Shown here one piece after another: positions 19,120 through 28,357 of a DNA stretch of 43,930 nt. Origin of the DNA: a virus (Duplodnaviria; Caudoviricetes); IMG/VR virus record IMGVR_UViG_3300048598_000482, positions 1 to 43,930 of that record; one strand, given 5' to 3'. The position numbers and the translations under genes were made by a program. Each line of letters begins with the position of its first letter. Position 1 is the stretch's first letter. Under the pieces are notes generated by a model. It worked only from the letters and a program-made list of their open reading frames with translations, was not told the DNA's origin and did not search any database.

Positions 19120-19329
19120 CTAAACACCCGATGGCACAATATCCTCAATGAAGTATTCAGCCTTAGCTATCGACATCCCATGAAACTGCCGATACACTTC
19201 CCACTGATCCAAAAGAGCGCCAAGTGGCATGAGCCAAACCTCGCGCTCAGGCCACCCCAGCAAGGTCACTCCGTAGAAAATCAGTCGGGAAAACAGCTCA
19301 TCGTCGTTTGCCCGACCGGCGCGTTTTTT
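19120..19329 (-). CDS. Frameshift-extended (gpGT-like) portion of the tail assembly chaperone
   Basis: -1 frame after A AAA AAC (19323-19329) reads RAGRANDDELFSRLIFYGVTLLGWPEREVWLMPLGALLDQWEVYRQFHG...IVPSGV-stop; not in the ORF track. Confidence 0.8.
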   Translation of the reverse strand, partial: KKRAGRANDDELFSRLIFYGVTLLGWPEREVWLMPLGALLDQWEVYRQFHGMSIAKAEYFIEDIVPSGV

Positions 19330-19694
19330 GAGGGGTCCTCCTCGCTTTCGACATAGCGTTTGGTGCCCTTGACCATCGCTTCCATGATTGCGGTTTTATA
19401 TCCGGACAGATCCAGCGGCGTGGTGAGCAGTTCAACCGCTTCCTCGGTCAGCAACTCGCGCTTATTATCCGGTTCGAGCAAGTTGTGTACGAGCGTACTC
19501 TGATTCGCAAGCAGCGTGATCAGCCAGACCACTTCATCCAGCGCGAGCTCAAAATTCTCCGCTTTCATAAGCTTGTCGCCCAGGTGCTCTAACCCGCCAT
19601 AACGTTTCGCGATCTCTTTCGTTGCACGTGTGGTCAGGAGCATTTCATACTCCCGATTGCCAATTTGGATCATAGCGGCTCTGTCGTTTTCCAT
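19281..19694 (-). CDS. Tail assembly chaperone (gpG-like)
   Basis: Follows the major tail gene; LLTTRATKEIAKRYGGLE; slippery site at DPSKN. Confidence 0.8.
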   Translation of the reverse strand: MENDRAAMIQIGNREYEMLLTTRATKEIAKRYGGLEHLGDKLMKAENFELALDEVVWLITLLANQSTLVHNLLEPDNKRELLTEEAVELLTTPLDLSGYKTAIMEAMVKGTKRYVESEEDPSKNAPVGQTTMSCFPD

Positions 19695-19697
19695 ATA

Positions 19698-20288
19698 TTA
19701 ACCCTCCACCGCAAATGTCGGCTCGTAGACTTGTGTGTACCAACCCGAGATCGTCGCCGCCGGTACGCTGGTATCGTCCTCGTTGACTTCGGCCTTCCAA
19801 GGATGCTTGCCCTGACCATCCAGCTTATTGCGGCGGATGATCGTTCCCTCGATCGACGGGGTCGAGAACGTGATGTTATCGCCCTTCGTCTGCAGGTTCG
19901 TCGCGGGAATACCGAACACGACACGATAGAGCCAGAAGTAGCGGTACTTGCCGTTACTCTTCTTCGCGCGAAAACCGATCGCGACAGGCTGTCCGCCATT
20001 CTCGCTCTGGGAAACCAGCACCTTGTTATCGTCGATCTGCGACCCGGTCAGATCGCTCGCGACCGCCGCGCCGATGTTGTCGATCCCCAGCGTCAGCGTG
20101 CCGCTCTTGAACTCCTTGACCACCTCGGCAGCGCCATCATCAGCGAAAAGCGTTGCTTCGTTGATATCGATCTTCAATTCTGCGGATATCGCCTTGGCGA
20201 GCGAAGCGGGTGCGGCGTATGTCTCGTCGCCGTTCGCGCCTTCGGTGATCTTCGCGTAATACAATTTATCCAATCCGATGGTTGCCAT
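19698..20288 (-). CDS. Major tail protein (phi13 family)
   Basis: MATIGLDKLYYAKI, LFADDG, VAIGFRAKKSNGKYRYFWLY. Confidence 0.92.
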   Translation of the reverse strand: MATIGLDKLYYAKITEGANGDETYAAPASLAKAISAELKIDINEATLFADDGAAEVVKEFKSGTLTLGIDNIGAAVASDLTGSQIDDNKVLVSQSENGGQPVAIGFRAKKSNGKYRYFWLYRVVFGIPATNLQTKGDNITFSTPSIEGTIIRRNKLDGQGKHPWKAEVNEDDTSVPAATISGWYTQVYEPTFAVEG

Positions 20289-20630
20289 CTAATTTTCCTC
20301 CATATACTCCTTCGCCACATCGATGGCAAAGTGGTGATAGCCCGTGTCCTCTTCCAGCCCGATATATCGCCGTTCCGATACCAGGAACCCCGCCGTAAGC
20401 AACAACCGAACGAGCATCCGTTTCGCCGCGCAGTAGTTTCCCTTCGAAAAGAGCGATAATCGCGCTTCCTCGATGTTCATGCCCGGCGCATCGTCGGAAA
20501 ATAGCTCGAAATGCTCCGAGATCGGCGTGATCACGACATACGCGTCCGGCGCAACGGTAGAGAAAACGCCGGTCTCCACAGGAAGTCCGGCGCTTGTAAC
20601 GATCATATTCAGCTCTTCCAGCATGCTCAT
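20289..20630 (-). CDS. Tail completion / terminator protein
   Basis: Gene position; YIGLEEDTGYHHFAIDV. Confidence 0.7.
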   Translation of the reverse strand: MSMLEELNMIVTSAGLPVETGVFSTVAPDAYVVITPISEHFELFSDDAPGMNIEEARLSLFSKGNYCAAKRMLVRLLLTAGFLVSERRYIGLEEDTGYHHFAIDVAKEYMEEN

Positions 20631-21055
20631 GGCAGGTTCAGCTCCTCTTTCAAAACGCGCTGCATCTCATCAATACACGGCTTCCTGCTCGAGGCCTTTG
20701 TCTGCTTCAGAAACGGTTTCGGAGGCTGGCCATGTTTTCCGTATTCCAGTACGTTGGCGAGCATGGCGTTGCTCACATCGCCGCGTCCCTCCGAAAATCC
20801 TACTTTCACGTCGAGGTTTCCATCGCGATCCAGCTTTGCAGGCGATACACCCAGCGACGCGGCAAGCTTGCCGGTCGAGCGCGATTTGATCTTCGTGCTA
20901 CGCCCGATCGCCGAGCGGAGATTCGATCTCATCTTATCCAGAACAACCTTGCCGCCTGCTGCGAGCGCTCTCGGAATCGCCGCATCGAGCGCGTTGCCCA
21001 TGCCGGCGACTTGATCCATGAAGCCACTTGGCATCTCGATCTTCACTTTAGCCAC
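20627..21055 (-). CDS. HK97 gp10-like tail component
   Basis: STGKLAASL, LEYGKHGQPPKPFLK. Confidence 0.85.
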   Translation of the reverse strand: MAKVKIEMPSGFMDQVAGMGNALDAAIPRALAAGGKVVLDKMRSNLRSAIGRSTKIKSRSTGKLAASLGVSPAKLDRDGNLDVKVGFSEGRGDVSNAMLANVLEYGKHGQPPKPFLKQTKASSRKPCIDEMQRVLKEELNLP

Positions 21056-21380
21056 CTGGTGTCACCTTCTTTGCCAGAACTTCAAAATACATACCTCTGC
21101 CCTTCACATCCTCGACGGATGTGATTTCATAACGATCATCACCGCAAAGGATCACGTGCGCCGTGGTTACGGATAGCCCCGGTATAACACGAAATTGGAA
21201 CGAATCCGTTGCCTCCGAAAAGGAGGCACGGTTGACCCATTTCTGAGAACCGTGCCGCACCTCGCGATATGCGCGGATGGATTTGAGGACGTTGTCCGTC
21301 TTAATCGCAAACCCCTCCGCATCCTTCGTTACCGTTTCCACGGCGATGGAAATATGCGTGTTCATTTTTCCGAAACTCAT
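21048..21380 (-). CDS. Head-tail adaptor / head closure protein
   Basis: MSFGKMN start, RYEITSVEDVKGRGMY. Confidence 0.82.
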   Translation of the reverse strand: MSFGKMNTHISIAVETVTKDAEGFAIKTDNVLKSIRAYREVRHGSQKWVNRASFSEATDSFQFRVIPGLSVTTAHVILCGDDRYEITSVEDVKGRGMYFEVLAKKVTPGG

Positions 21381-21694
21381 ACGCCAAATACCCAAAGACG
21401 ATCTAGGCGAAGTAGCGTGTTTACCGTGTCCCATGTCTGTTGCCCCGCCTGCACATTGTCCGCAAAGAAGCCGCCCGTGCTGCCGTCCCGGCTCTCATAG
21501 AAATGAGATGCCAACATGATCACCGCCGCCTCGGTTGTTGGCGGCATAGCCGCTGCTTCATAGGTTCCGGCGGTCAGGTGCTGATAGCTCTCGGCATATG
21601 CAACAGCAGCATCGATTAACCGTTGAAGCAGTTCATCGTCGGCATCATGTTCTAGGATCAGGTTCGCCTTGACCTTAGTCAGCAGCGTCGTCAT
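21377..21694 (-). CDS. Head-tail connector (gp6-like)
   Basis: KVKANLILEHDADDELL, AVIMLASHFYESRD. Confidence 0.87.
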   Translation of the reverse strand: MTTLLTKVKANLILEHDADDELLQRLIDAAVAYAESYQHLTAGTYEAAAMPPTTEAAVIMLASHFYESRDGSTGGFFADNVQAGQQTWDTVNTLLRLDRLWVFGV

Positions 21695-21695
21695 C

Positions 21696-21992
21696 TCACA
21701 TCGAACCCGGCTGGTCTGCCGCCATGATCCCAGCATCCTTGAGCTTCAGAAGAAGCGCGTTGAAATCGCTCGTGAGGTCGGCGATCGTCGTTGCAGCGCT
21801 TTCCGCTTGATTCATCGCCTGATATACGCTGCCAGCGGTTTGCTCAGTTGCATATTCCGATTGCAAACCGGTGACGGTGGCGGTATCCAGCACTTCCAGA
21901 GTACCGCCAATCACCAACCGATCTCCGCCGTCGGTTAGGTAGTTTTTACAGTTGCGGGTCTCGTCCCCCGCCGGAGTCTCAATGATTTCCAT
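21696..21992 (-). CDS. Head fibre / decoration-like protein
   Basis: KNYLTDGGDRLVIGGTL and DFNALLLKLKDAGIM; directly follows the capsid gene. Confidence 0.65.
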   Translation of the reverse strand: MEIIETPAGDETRNCKNYLTDGGDRLVIGGTLEVLDTATVTGLQSEYATEQTAGSVYQAMNQAESAATTIADLTSDFNALLLKLKDAGIMAADQPGSM

Positions 21993-22004
21993 AAAACTCC
22001 TCCA

Positions 22005-23204
22005 TTACGCCTTCTGCTGCAGAACCTTGATCGCTTCCGGCAGAATGAGCTTGCCGTCGACGCGCTGCGTCGCCATGAAGCCAATCTGGCCGGTGGTGGC
22101 AAACAGCTCATTCAAGCGCTTGAAGGAACGGCCTTGGCGGTCAGCAATCCAGTAGTATCCGAAATCGCCGAACGCGACCGACTTCGCGCCCGCCGCGATC
22201 GTCGGAACATAGGCAGACGTATGCACCGGACGATTCAGAATCGAATCGGGTGTATTGGCCGTCAACGCAGGCTGCCAGAGATACTGGCCCTGACCGTCCT
22301 TGAGTTTCCGAATCGCTTTCACCGTCGCATCGTTCATGACGAAAACGGCCTTCTTCCGATACGGCGATTTCAGGCTGTAGAACAGGTCGAGCACTTCATC
22401 GACGGTAATCGCCGCGGATGCAGCCGCGGTGACGCCCACCTGTGCGCCGCCGGTCGCGTGGAAAATGCCGGTCGGTTTCCCGTCCGCATCTCCGACGAAG
22501 AAGGCTTCCTCTTCCTTATGCCCGATCCGGCGTGCGAACTCTGTCGTAATATAGCTCTGCAGATCGAAAACAGAGTCGTTGAGCAGCTCGTCCGATACCT
22601 TGATGAACGTACCGAGCTTGAACGCGCCGATCGAGGTCTGGCCGAATGCCTCGTCGCTCTCAGGAATGAGTTCCTCCTCGTCCAGCCAGGACGCGGATCC
22701 GTGGGTCGTAACGACAGGGATCTTGCGATCGCCGCTCGACGTCTGGATAACCCTCGCGAGGGTACGGAAGATGTTCTCTTCCTCGAGTGCGTCGACCAAC
22801 GTACGCTCGAATTCGTCCGGCGCAAGATATCCGCCTTCGCTGTCTGTACCGATCTGAAGCGCATTGACCACATCATAGCGCGGATTCTTCGCGCGCATGA
22901 CGTTCCAGAACGCTTTCCGATATTCATCGGAAGCGCGGCCAGACTTCGAATCCATGCCATTTCCGGCAGGCTTGTTGGTCAAAGGATCGGCGGTGGGCTT
23001 GCTCAGCTCGGCATCCAACGCCGCCTGTCGTTCAAGCCGATCGATTTCCTTGCCGAGGTTCACGACGTCAGCTTCCATCTTATCGTAGGTAGCCACATCC
23101 TCAGCGGATAGAAGGCCATCGTTACCGCGCTTCGTATCCAAAAATGCTTTCGCCGCATCCCACGCTTTGGCGCGCTTTTCGCGGAGTTCCTGAATCTGAT
23201 TCAT
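22005..23204 (-). CDS. Major capsid protein, HK97 family
   Basis: Coiled-coil delta domain, GTDSEGGYLAPDEF, VSDELLNDS, FGDFGYY, RVDGKL. Confidence 0.96.
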   Translation of the reverse strand: MNQIQELREKRAKAWDAAKAFLDTKRGNDGLLSAEDVATYDKMEADVVNLGKEIDRLERQAALDAELSKPTADPLTNKPAGNGMDSKSGRASDEYRKAFWNVMRAKNPRYDVVNALQIGTDSEGGYLAPDEFERTLVDALEEENIFRTLARVIQTSSGDRKIPVVTTHGSASWLDEEELIPESDEAFGQTSIGAFKLGTFIKVSDELLNDSVFDLQSYITTEFARRIGHKEEEAFFVGDADGKPTGIFHATGGAQVGVTAAASAAITVDEVLDLFYSLKSPYRKKAVFVMNDATVKAIRKLKDGQGQYLWQPALTANTPDSILNRPVHTSAYVPTIAAGAKSVAFGDFGYYWIADRQGRSFKRLNELFATTGQIGFMATQRVDGKLILPEAIKVLQQKA

Positions 23205-23215
23205 ATTTCTCTCCT

Positions 23216-23905
23216 TTATTTCTTCAAAAGATTGAGCCGCTGATAAAGCGGCTCGGAAGGGTGCTTGTGTTCTGTTTTCGGGATTTTGCTCAGGAGCGAG
23301 TTTGTCACCGCGCGGCGGCTAAATTGGTAGCCATTGATCGGAATACCGTCCGGCACGCCGATATCGCGCGTCAGGATACCGTCCGCAAAGCCGAGCTCGA
23401 TCGCTTTCTGCGCATTCATCCACGTTTCAGCATCCATGAGGTGCGCTAGTTTCGCACGGGACATACCCGTTTTCAGCTCATATGCGTTGATGATGCTTTC
23501 TTTTACCTCATCCAGCATGGCGATGGCCTTCTGCATTTCTTCCGTATCGCCGATGGCAACGGTTAAAGGATTATGGACCATCAGGAGTGCCGTCGGGGCC
23601 ATGAGCACCTCCGTGCCGGCCATGGCGATCACCGACGCGGCGCTTGCCGCGATACCGTCGATCTTGACGGTAACCCGACCCTTGTACTCCATGAGCATGG
23701 TGTAGATCTGGCTTGCTGCGACGCAATCGCCACCTGGGCTATTGACCCAAATCACGATGTCGCCCGTGCCGGCGTTTAGCTGCTCCCGAAACAGTTTCGG
23801 CGTGACGTCGTCGTCAAACCAGCTCTCTTCGGCGATCACGCCGTCGATGGTCAAAGTGCGGATGCCGTCTTCATTACGCACCCAATTCCAAAATTGTCGT
23901 TTCAA
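23216..23905 (-). CDS. ClpP-like head maturation protease
   Basis: VNSPGGD, DGIAASAASVIAMAG, LMVHNP, ETWMNAQKAIELGFAD. Confidence 0.94.
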   Translation of the reverse strand: MKRQFWNWVRNEDGIRTLTIDGVIAEESWFDDDVTPKLFREQLNAGTGDIVIWVNSPGGDCVAASQIYTMLMEYKGRVTVKIDGIAASAASVIAMAGTEVLMAPTALLMVHNPLTVAIGDTEEMQKAIAMLDEVKESIINAYELKTGMSRAKLAHLMDAETWMNAQKAIELGFADGILTRDIGVPDGIPINGYQFSRRAVTNSLLSKIPKTEHKHPSEPLYQRLNLLKK

Positions 23906-25161
23906 GAAGAATCCTCCTTTTTCTGCCGTGCTCCCCCGAACAACCCTGCGTCCTCCAGCTTTGTCATGGCTCCGTTGATGAGATACAAATCACCACCGAG
24001 CTCCGGCGCGATACGATCGAGGTTTTCAAGTTCGCGGATATCGTTAGCGCTCATCCAACCGTTTTGGCGAGCTGTAGCGTATCCGGTCATGCGCGAGGCG
24101 TAATCGCCGCGCAAAAGACCATCGACGTTGAACTTAATGAAATACGCCGGCTTTTCACTCTCGCTAAACAGAACGCGGCACATGCTCTGCTCCCAGCGCA
24201 CAACCCATGGATCGAGTGTGTATTTCACAAACTCGAGCGATTGCTGCTCGATGTTGCTGAACGACGACTTCTCCAAGTCCGCCAGCATATGCGGCGGCAC
24301 GCGGAAGATGCGCGCAATCTCATTGATCTGGAACTTGCGTGTTTCCAGAAACTGCGCCTGCTCTGGCGCGATACCGATCGCCGTGTATTTCATCCCCTCT
24401 TCGAGAACCGCGATCTTATGGGAATTCGCGCTGCCCTGATATGCTGAATTCCAGCTTTCCTTCACCCGCAACGGGTCTTTTATCGTACCGGGGTGTTCCA
24501 GCACGCCGGAAGGGGCCGCGCCGTTGGCGAAGAACTTCGCGCCGTATTCCTCGGTGGCGATCGCCAATCCAATCGCGTTCTTCGCCATGGCGATCGGGCT
24601 GTAGCCGATTAGGCCGTCGAAGCCAAGTCCGGGAATGTGTAGAACATCCGAGGGGGTAAGCGTTATCTGTGACGATTTCCCGAGTGTGCTCGGATCCTCC
24701 GACCCGCGCTGATACAAATAAAAAAGCCGGCCGTTCTGATCACGGTCGACTGTCATTTTGTTCGGCATGAGCGGGTAGAGCGCGACTACTTCGCCTCTGG
24801 CGTTTCGGATGATCTGCGCGTAGGCGTTCCCCCATAGGAGCAGGTGGCTCATGAGCGTCTCCCGAAACGCGAAACTAGTCATCTCAGGGTTCGGTTCGTC
24901 GTGAAGCAGCCGGTAGAGCGGGTGCTTGAATGCCTTTTCTTTGCCGCCGCTGTCGTTAATTTTGTAGACATTCAGCGGTAGTCCGGCAACGGTTTCCGAC
25001 AGAATTCTCACACAAGAGTACACCGCCGTCATCTGCATGGCGGTCGTTTCGTTCACCGGCTTCCCGCTCGATGTGCCGCCGAAAAAGAAGCTATAGCGAC
25101 TGCCGTTAAGAGAATCTTTCGGTTTATCGCGGGAGTGGAAAATTGCTCGAAATGGATTCAT
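23902..25161 (-). CDS. Portal protein, HK97 family
   Basis: AVYSCVRILSE, LLLWGNAY, GYSPIAMA, IARIFRVPPHML, NIEQQ. Confidence 0.96.
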   Translation of the reverse strand: MNPFRAIFHSRDKPKDSLNGSRYSFFFGGTSSGKPVNETTAMQMTAVYSCVRILSETVAGLPLNVYKINDSGGKEKAFKHPLYRLLHDEPNPEMTSFAFRETLMSHLLLWGNAYAQIIRNARGEVVALYPLMPNKMTVDRDQNGRLFYLYQRGSEDPSTLGKSSQITLTPSDVLHIPGLGFDGLIGYSPIAMAKNAIGLAIATEEYGAKFFANGAAPSGVLEHPGTIKDPLRVKESWNSAYQGSANSHKIAVLEEGMKYTAIGIAPEQAQFLETRKFQINEIARIFRVPPHMLADLEKSSFSNIEQQSLEFVKYTLDPWVVRWEQSMCRVLFSESEKPAYFIKFNVDGLLRGDYASRMTGYATARQNGWMSANDIRELENLDRIAPELGGDLYLINGAMTKLEDAGLFGGARQKKEDSS

Positions 25162-25185
25162 GCGTTTCCTCCATGGAACATTTGA

Positions 25186-25214
25186 TTGACATAAACAGAA
25201 AAAAGCAGTACAGT
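25186..25214 (+). promoter_or_regulatory. Sigma-A-type promoter of the Zn-ribbon moron
   Basis: TTGACA (25186-25191), 17 bp spacer, TACAGT (25209-25214). Confidence 0.75.
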
Positions 25215-25267
25215 GGCACTTGTGTGGTGTATTTTCGCACCATACAATATTTTATTTGAGGTATTAG

Positions 25268-25564
25268 ATGTACAGCGACAAGACCATCGTCTGCAAAGAT
25301 TGCGGACAAGAATTCACCTTTACTGCCAACGAACAAGAATTTTTCGCCGAAAAAGGTTTTACGAACGAACCGCAGCGCTGCAAGTCCTGCCGTGTTGCTC
25401 GTAAAAACAATGGCGGTTCCCGCGATGGCGGATACCGCGACAACTCGCAGCGTCAGATGTACGATGCAGTGTGCTCGGATTGCGGAAGGCCCTGTCAGGT
25501 TCCGTTCCAACCGCGTACGGACCGACCGATCAAGTGCAGCGATTGCTTCAGAAGCAACAGGTAA
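25268..25564 (+). CDS. Double zinc-ribbon protein (zf-trcl-like + CxxC-x17-CxxC); moron
   Basis: CKDCGQEFTFTANEQEFFAEKGFTNEPQRCKSCR and CSDCG..VPFQP..DRPIKCSDCF; GAGGT RBS. Confidence 0.88.
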   Translation: MYSDKTIVCKDCGQEFTFTANEQEFFAEKGFTNEPQRCKSCRVARKNNGGSRDGGYRDNSQRQMYDAVCSDCGRPCQVPFQPRTDRPIKCSDCFRSNR

Positions 25565-25568
25565 TTTC

Positions 25569-25599
25569 AAAGGCACATCCTTAACCGGATGTGCCTTTT
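25569..25599 (+). terminator. Intrinsic, possibly bidirectional terminator
   Basis: AAAGGCACATCC-ttaacc-GGATGTGCCTTTT between convergent stop codons. Confidence 0.85.
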
Positions 25600-27204
25600 C
25601 TAAAACACAAGCAATCCTCGGCCATCATAAACGCTGACGCTCTCTCCCCTACCGTTCCGCAACGCCCGGTCCAACGCCATGATCGTTGCAACAGCACCGT
25701 CGATTTTTTCGGTGCTTTTTTCTTTGTCCGGCTTGATATTCCCGGCAGGATCCGTGCGGATGTAGATGTTGTCCATCATCCATCGCAGTACCGGTTGACC
25801 GCCGTGCGCGATCCGCTGCTCCAGCGTCAGCTTCATAAGCTCCTTCGTCGGCGGGGACATGTCCTTAAAGCCCTGACCAAATGGTACGACCGTGAATCCC
25901 ATGCCCTCAAGATTCTGTACCATCTGCACGGCACCCCAACGGTCGAATGCGATCTCGCGGATGTTGTACACATTACCGAGCTGTTCGATGAATGTCTCGA
26001 TGAATCCATAATGCACAACGTTTCCTTCGGTCGTCAGTAAAAATCCTTGTTTCTCCCAGAGGTCATAGTTCACATGATCACGCCGAACGCGTAGGGCGAT
26101 GTTATCTTCCGGGATCCAGAAGAACGGAAGGATAAAGTATTTGTCATCTTCATCCAGTGGCGGGAAAACAAGCACGAATGCTGTAATGTCCGTGCTGGAC
26201 GAAAGGTCAAGACCGCCGTAGCAAACACGCCCTTCGAGCGATTTCAGATCGACCGGAAACGCGCATCTATCCCAGATATCCATCGGCATCCAGCGAATTG
26301 CCTGTTTGACCCATTGGTTTAAACGAAGCTGGCGAAATGCGTTCTCTTCGGCGGGATTCTGCTGCGCGCTTTCGCACGCGGCTTTCACCTTGTCGATACC
26401 TACCGTGATCCCGAGCGACGGATTCGCTTTTTTCCACACCTTCGGATCCGTCCAGGAATCGTTCTCCTCGGTTCCGTAGATGACCGGGTAAAATGTTGGG
26501 TCTGTCTTCCTGCCGTCAAGAATGTCTTTGGCTTTCGAATGCACCTCCCAGCAGATGGAGTTGGTGTTGTCTCCCGCAGTGGTGATCAGGAAGTACAGCG
26601 GCTGCATGCGTGCGTCGCCGCTGCCCTTGGTCATAACGTCAAAAAGGCGGCGGTTCGGCTGCGTGTGCAACTCATCAAAGATAACGCCGTGTGTGTTGAA
26701 ACCGTGCTTGTTGGCGACGTCGGCGCTGAGCACCTGATAGTAACTCCCGGTCGGCAGGTACACGATCCGTTTCTGCGATGCTAGGATCTTCACGCGCTTC
26801 GCCAGCGCCGGACACATGGTGACCATGTCCTTTGCAACCTCGAACACAATCGACGCCTGCTGACGGTCAGCGGCGCAGCCATACACTTCGGCGCGCTCTT
26901 CGTTGTCGCCGCAGGTTAAAAGCAGCGCGATCGCTGCAGCAAGCTCTGATTTTCCATTCTTCTTTGGTATTTCGATATACGCCGTATTGAACTGGCGGTA
27001 TCCGCTGGGCTTCAGTGTGCCAAACACATCACGGATGATCTGTTCCTGCCAGTCGATCAACAAAAACGGCTTACCCGCCCATGTACCCTTAGTGTGAGAA
27101 AGGCATTCGATAAATGCCACAGCATGATCCGCTGCCTGTTTGTCGTAAACCGAATCCTTCGCTTTGAACGGAGTCGGTGTGTACTTCTTCAGTTTTCGTA
27201 ACAT
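25600..27204 (-). CDS. terL: Terminase large subunit
   Basis: Walker A IPKKNGKS, Walker B VIFDELH, ITTAG, GGLDLSS, KIDGAVA; start reassigned on GGAGG RBS. Confidence 0.96.
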   Translation of the reverse strand: MLRKLKKYTPTPFKAKDSVYDKQAADHAVAFIECLSHTKGTWAGKPFLLIDWQEQIIRDVFGTLKPSGYRQFNTAYIEIPKKNGKSELAAAIALLLTCGDNEERAEVYGCAADRQQASIVFEVAKDMVTMCPALAKRVKILASQKRIVYLPTGSYYQVLSADVANKHGFNTHGVIFDELHTQPNRRLFDVMTKGSGDARMQPLYFLITTAGDNTNSICWEVHSKAKDILDGRKTDPTFYPVIYGTEENDSWTDPKVWKKANPSLGITVGIDKVKAACESAQQNPAEENAFRQLRLNQWVKQAIRWMPMDIWDRCAFPVDLKSLEGRVCYGGLDLSSSTDITAFVLVFPPLDEDDKYFILPFFWIPEDNIALRVRRDHVNYDLWEKQGFLLTTEGNVVHYGFIETFIEQLGNVYNIREIAFDRWGAVQMVQNLEGMGFTVVPFGQGFKDMSPPTKELMKLTLEQRIAHGGQPVLRWMMDNIYIRTDPAGNIKPDKEKSTEKIDGAVATIMALDRALRNGRGESVSVYDGRGLLVF

Positions 27205-27350
27205 CACCGCCTCCATGGATTTTTTCGCTCAACATTGCAGCGTCGTGATACATTGCGATAATCATGAGAAAGAATATAATGATATTGTGTTCTGCGTTTG
27301 GTTCACTGTCTGAAAAGGATACTCAACCGATTTTGAAAGGAGCGTCTTGT

Positions 27351-27755
27351 ATGTTCATCGCTATTGTTCTATGGATCGTTGCATTCGCATTTGTGCTTGT
27401 TACTTCCATCAACATGATCCGACGCGCTGTTAAAACGAAACATTGCACCGCAGAAACGAATGCTGATGTGATTGAAATTAGGGAACTTGTCCGGCGAAGA
27501 AATGGCATCTTCACAAGAGAATATCTTCCCACAATCTCATATGTTATCGATGGAACAACGTACGAGAGAAAGTACACCAAAGCCTATCATTCGGACACAT
27601 ATCACATCGGTCAGATTCTACCCATCCTGTATAATCCGCAAAAGCCGGACGAGGTCAATACAATCGGAACCAGCAATAAGGCTGATTTGGTCATGCTCAT
27701 CATCGGGCTCGTTATTGGAGTAATTGGTATCGTTTTTGTTATGCTGCAGAAGTAG
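27351..27755 (+). CDS. Small two-TM membrane protein (DUF3592-like); moron
   Basis: TM - soluble beta region (PTISY..YHIGQILPILYNPQKPDE) - TM; AAGGAG RBS before ATG 27351. Confidence 0.7.
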   Translation: MFIAIVLWIVAFAFVLVTSINMIRRAVKTKHCTAETNADVIEIRELVRRRNGIFTREYLPTISYVIDGTTYERKYTKAYHSDTYHIGQILPILYNPQKPDEVNTIGTSNKADLVMLIIGLVIGVIGIVFVMLQK

Positions 27756-27779
27756 CGACCCTCATCACCAAGCAAACAA

Positions 27780-27799
27780 GGAGGCCCGCGTGAGCCTCC
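27780..27799. terminator. Hairpin between convergent genes
   Basis: GGAGGCcc-gcgt-gAGCCTCC, followed on the minus strand by TTGTTTG. Confidence 0.5.
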
Positions 27800-27904
27800 G
27801 TGTCCGATTTGGTTTGGTTATAGTGCGCTGTTGGGGCAAACGCCCCAGTTGCTCCATAAACCGCTCAGTGGCGGCGACGTTGCGCAACGCGGCGTTGCGG
27901 CGAT

Positions 27905-28357
27905 TTATGCACCCGATGCGTTCGGATCGCCTTCCTGTACTGCCGTTTTCAGAATCGTCGTATCAAACCCCGCCGCTATGTACCCTTCTAAGAGCGTGCT
28001 GTAATAGAAAGCGCTCGGCTTGTTCTGTGGTTTGCCACTGATTAAGATGTAGATCAGTGCATCTACCAGAGTACCGTCGCGGCGCACTTTGATCGCCGTT
28101 TTCCGATACAGCTCCGGCACACCGATCCAGCGATCAAGCGCTAATTCATCCTGCGGTGAAATTTCCCAAAGCAGCGCGGGAACGCTACCGCCTTTCGCTT
28201 TTTCGATCGTCGCCAATGCGCCGGCTTTGCTGCCGCGAAAAGAAAGTCTGTAATTCTTCAACGCCGCGGAGCAGATCAGCTTTGCGGTCGGGCAATGCTT
28301 CTCCATTTCGGTGCGGTTCAGACCAGCGCCGTACGCTGCAAAAAGTCGGTTATTCAA
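27905..28357 (-). CDS. Gamma-glutamylcyclotransferase (AIG2-like) family protein
   Basis: FAAYGAGLN..M..HCPTAK, YRLSFRG, ALDRWIGVPELY; start position uncertain. Confidence 0.8.
   Translation of the reverse strand: MNNRLFAAYGAGLNRTEMEKHCPTAKLICSAALKNYRLSFRGSKAGALATIEKAKGGSVPALLWEISPQDELALDRWIGVPELYRKTAIKVRRDGTLVDALIYILISGKPQNKPSAFYYSTLLEGYIAAGFDTTILKTAVQEGDPNASGA

Noticed and set aside
22134-23111. Long + strand ORFs antisense to capsid, methylase (29353-30132), Dit (13301-14239) and other genes
   Set aside because: Shadow ORFs expected from GC-rich codon usage on the coding strand; no RBS or recognisable motifs.
25124-25576. 150-aa minus-strand ORF between terL and portal
   Set aside because: Antisense to the well-supported Zn-ribbon gene, which has its own promoter, RBS and terminator.
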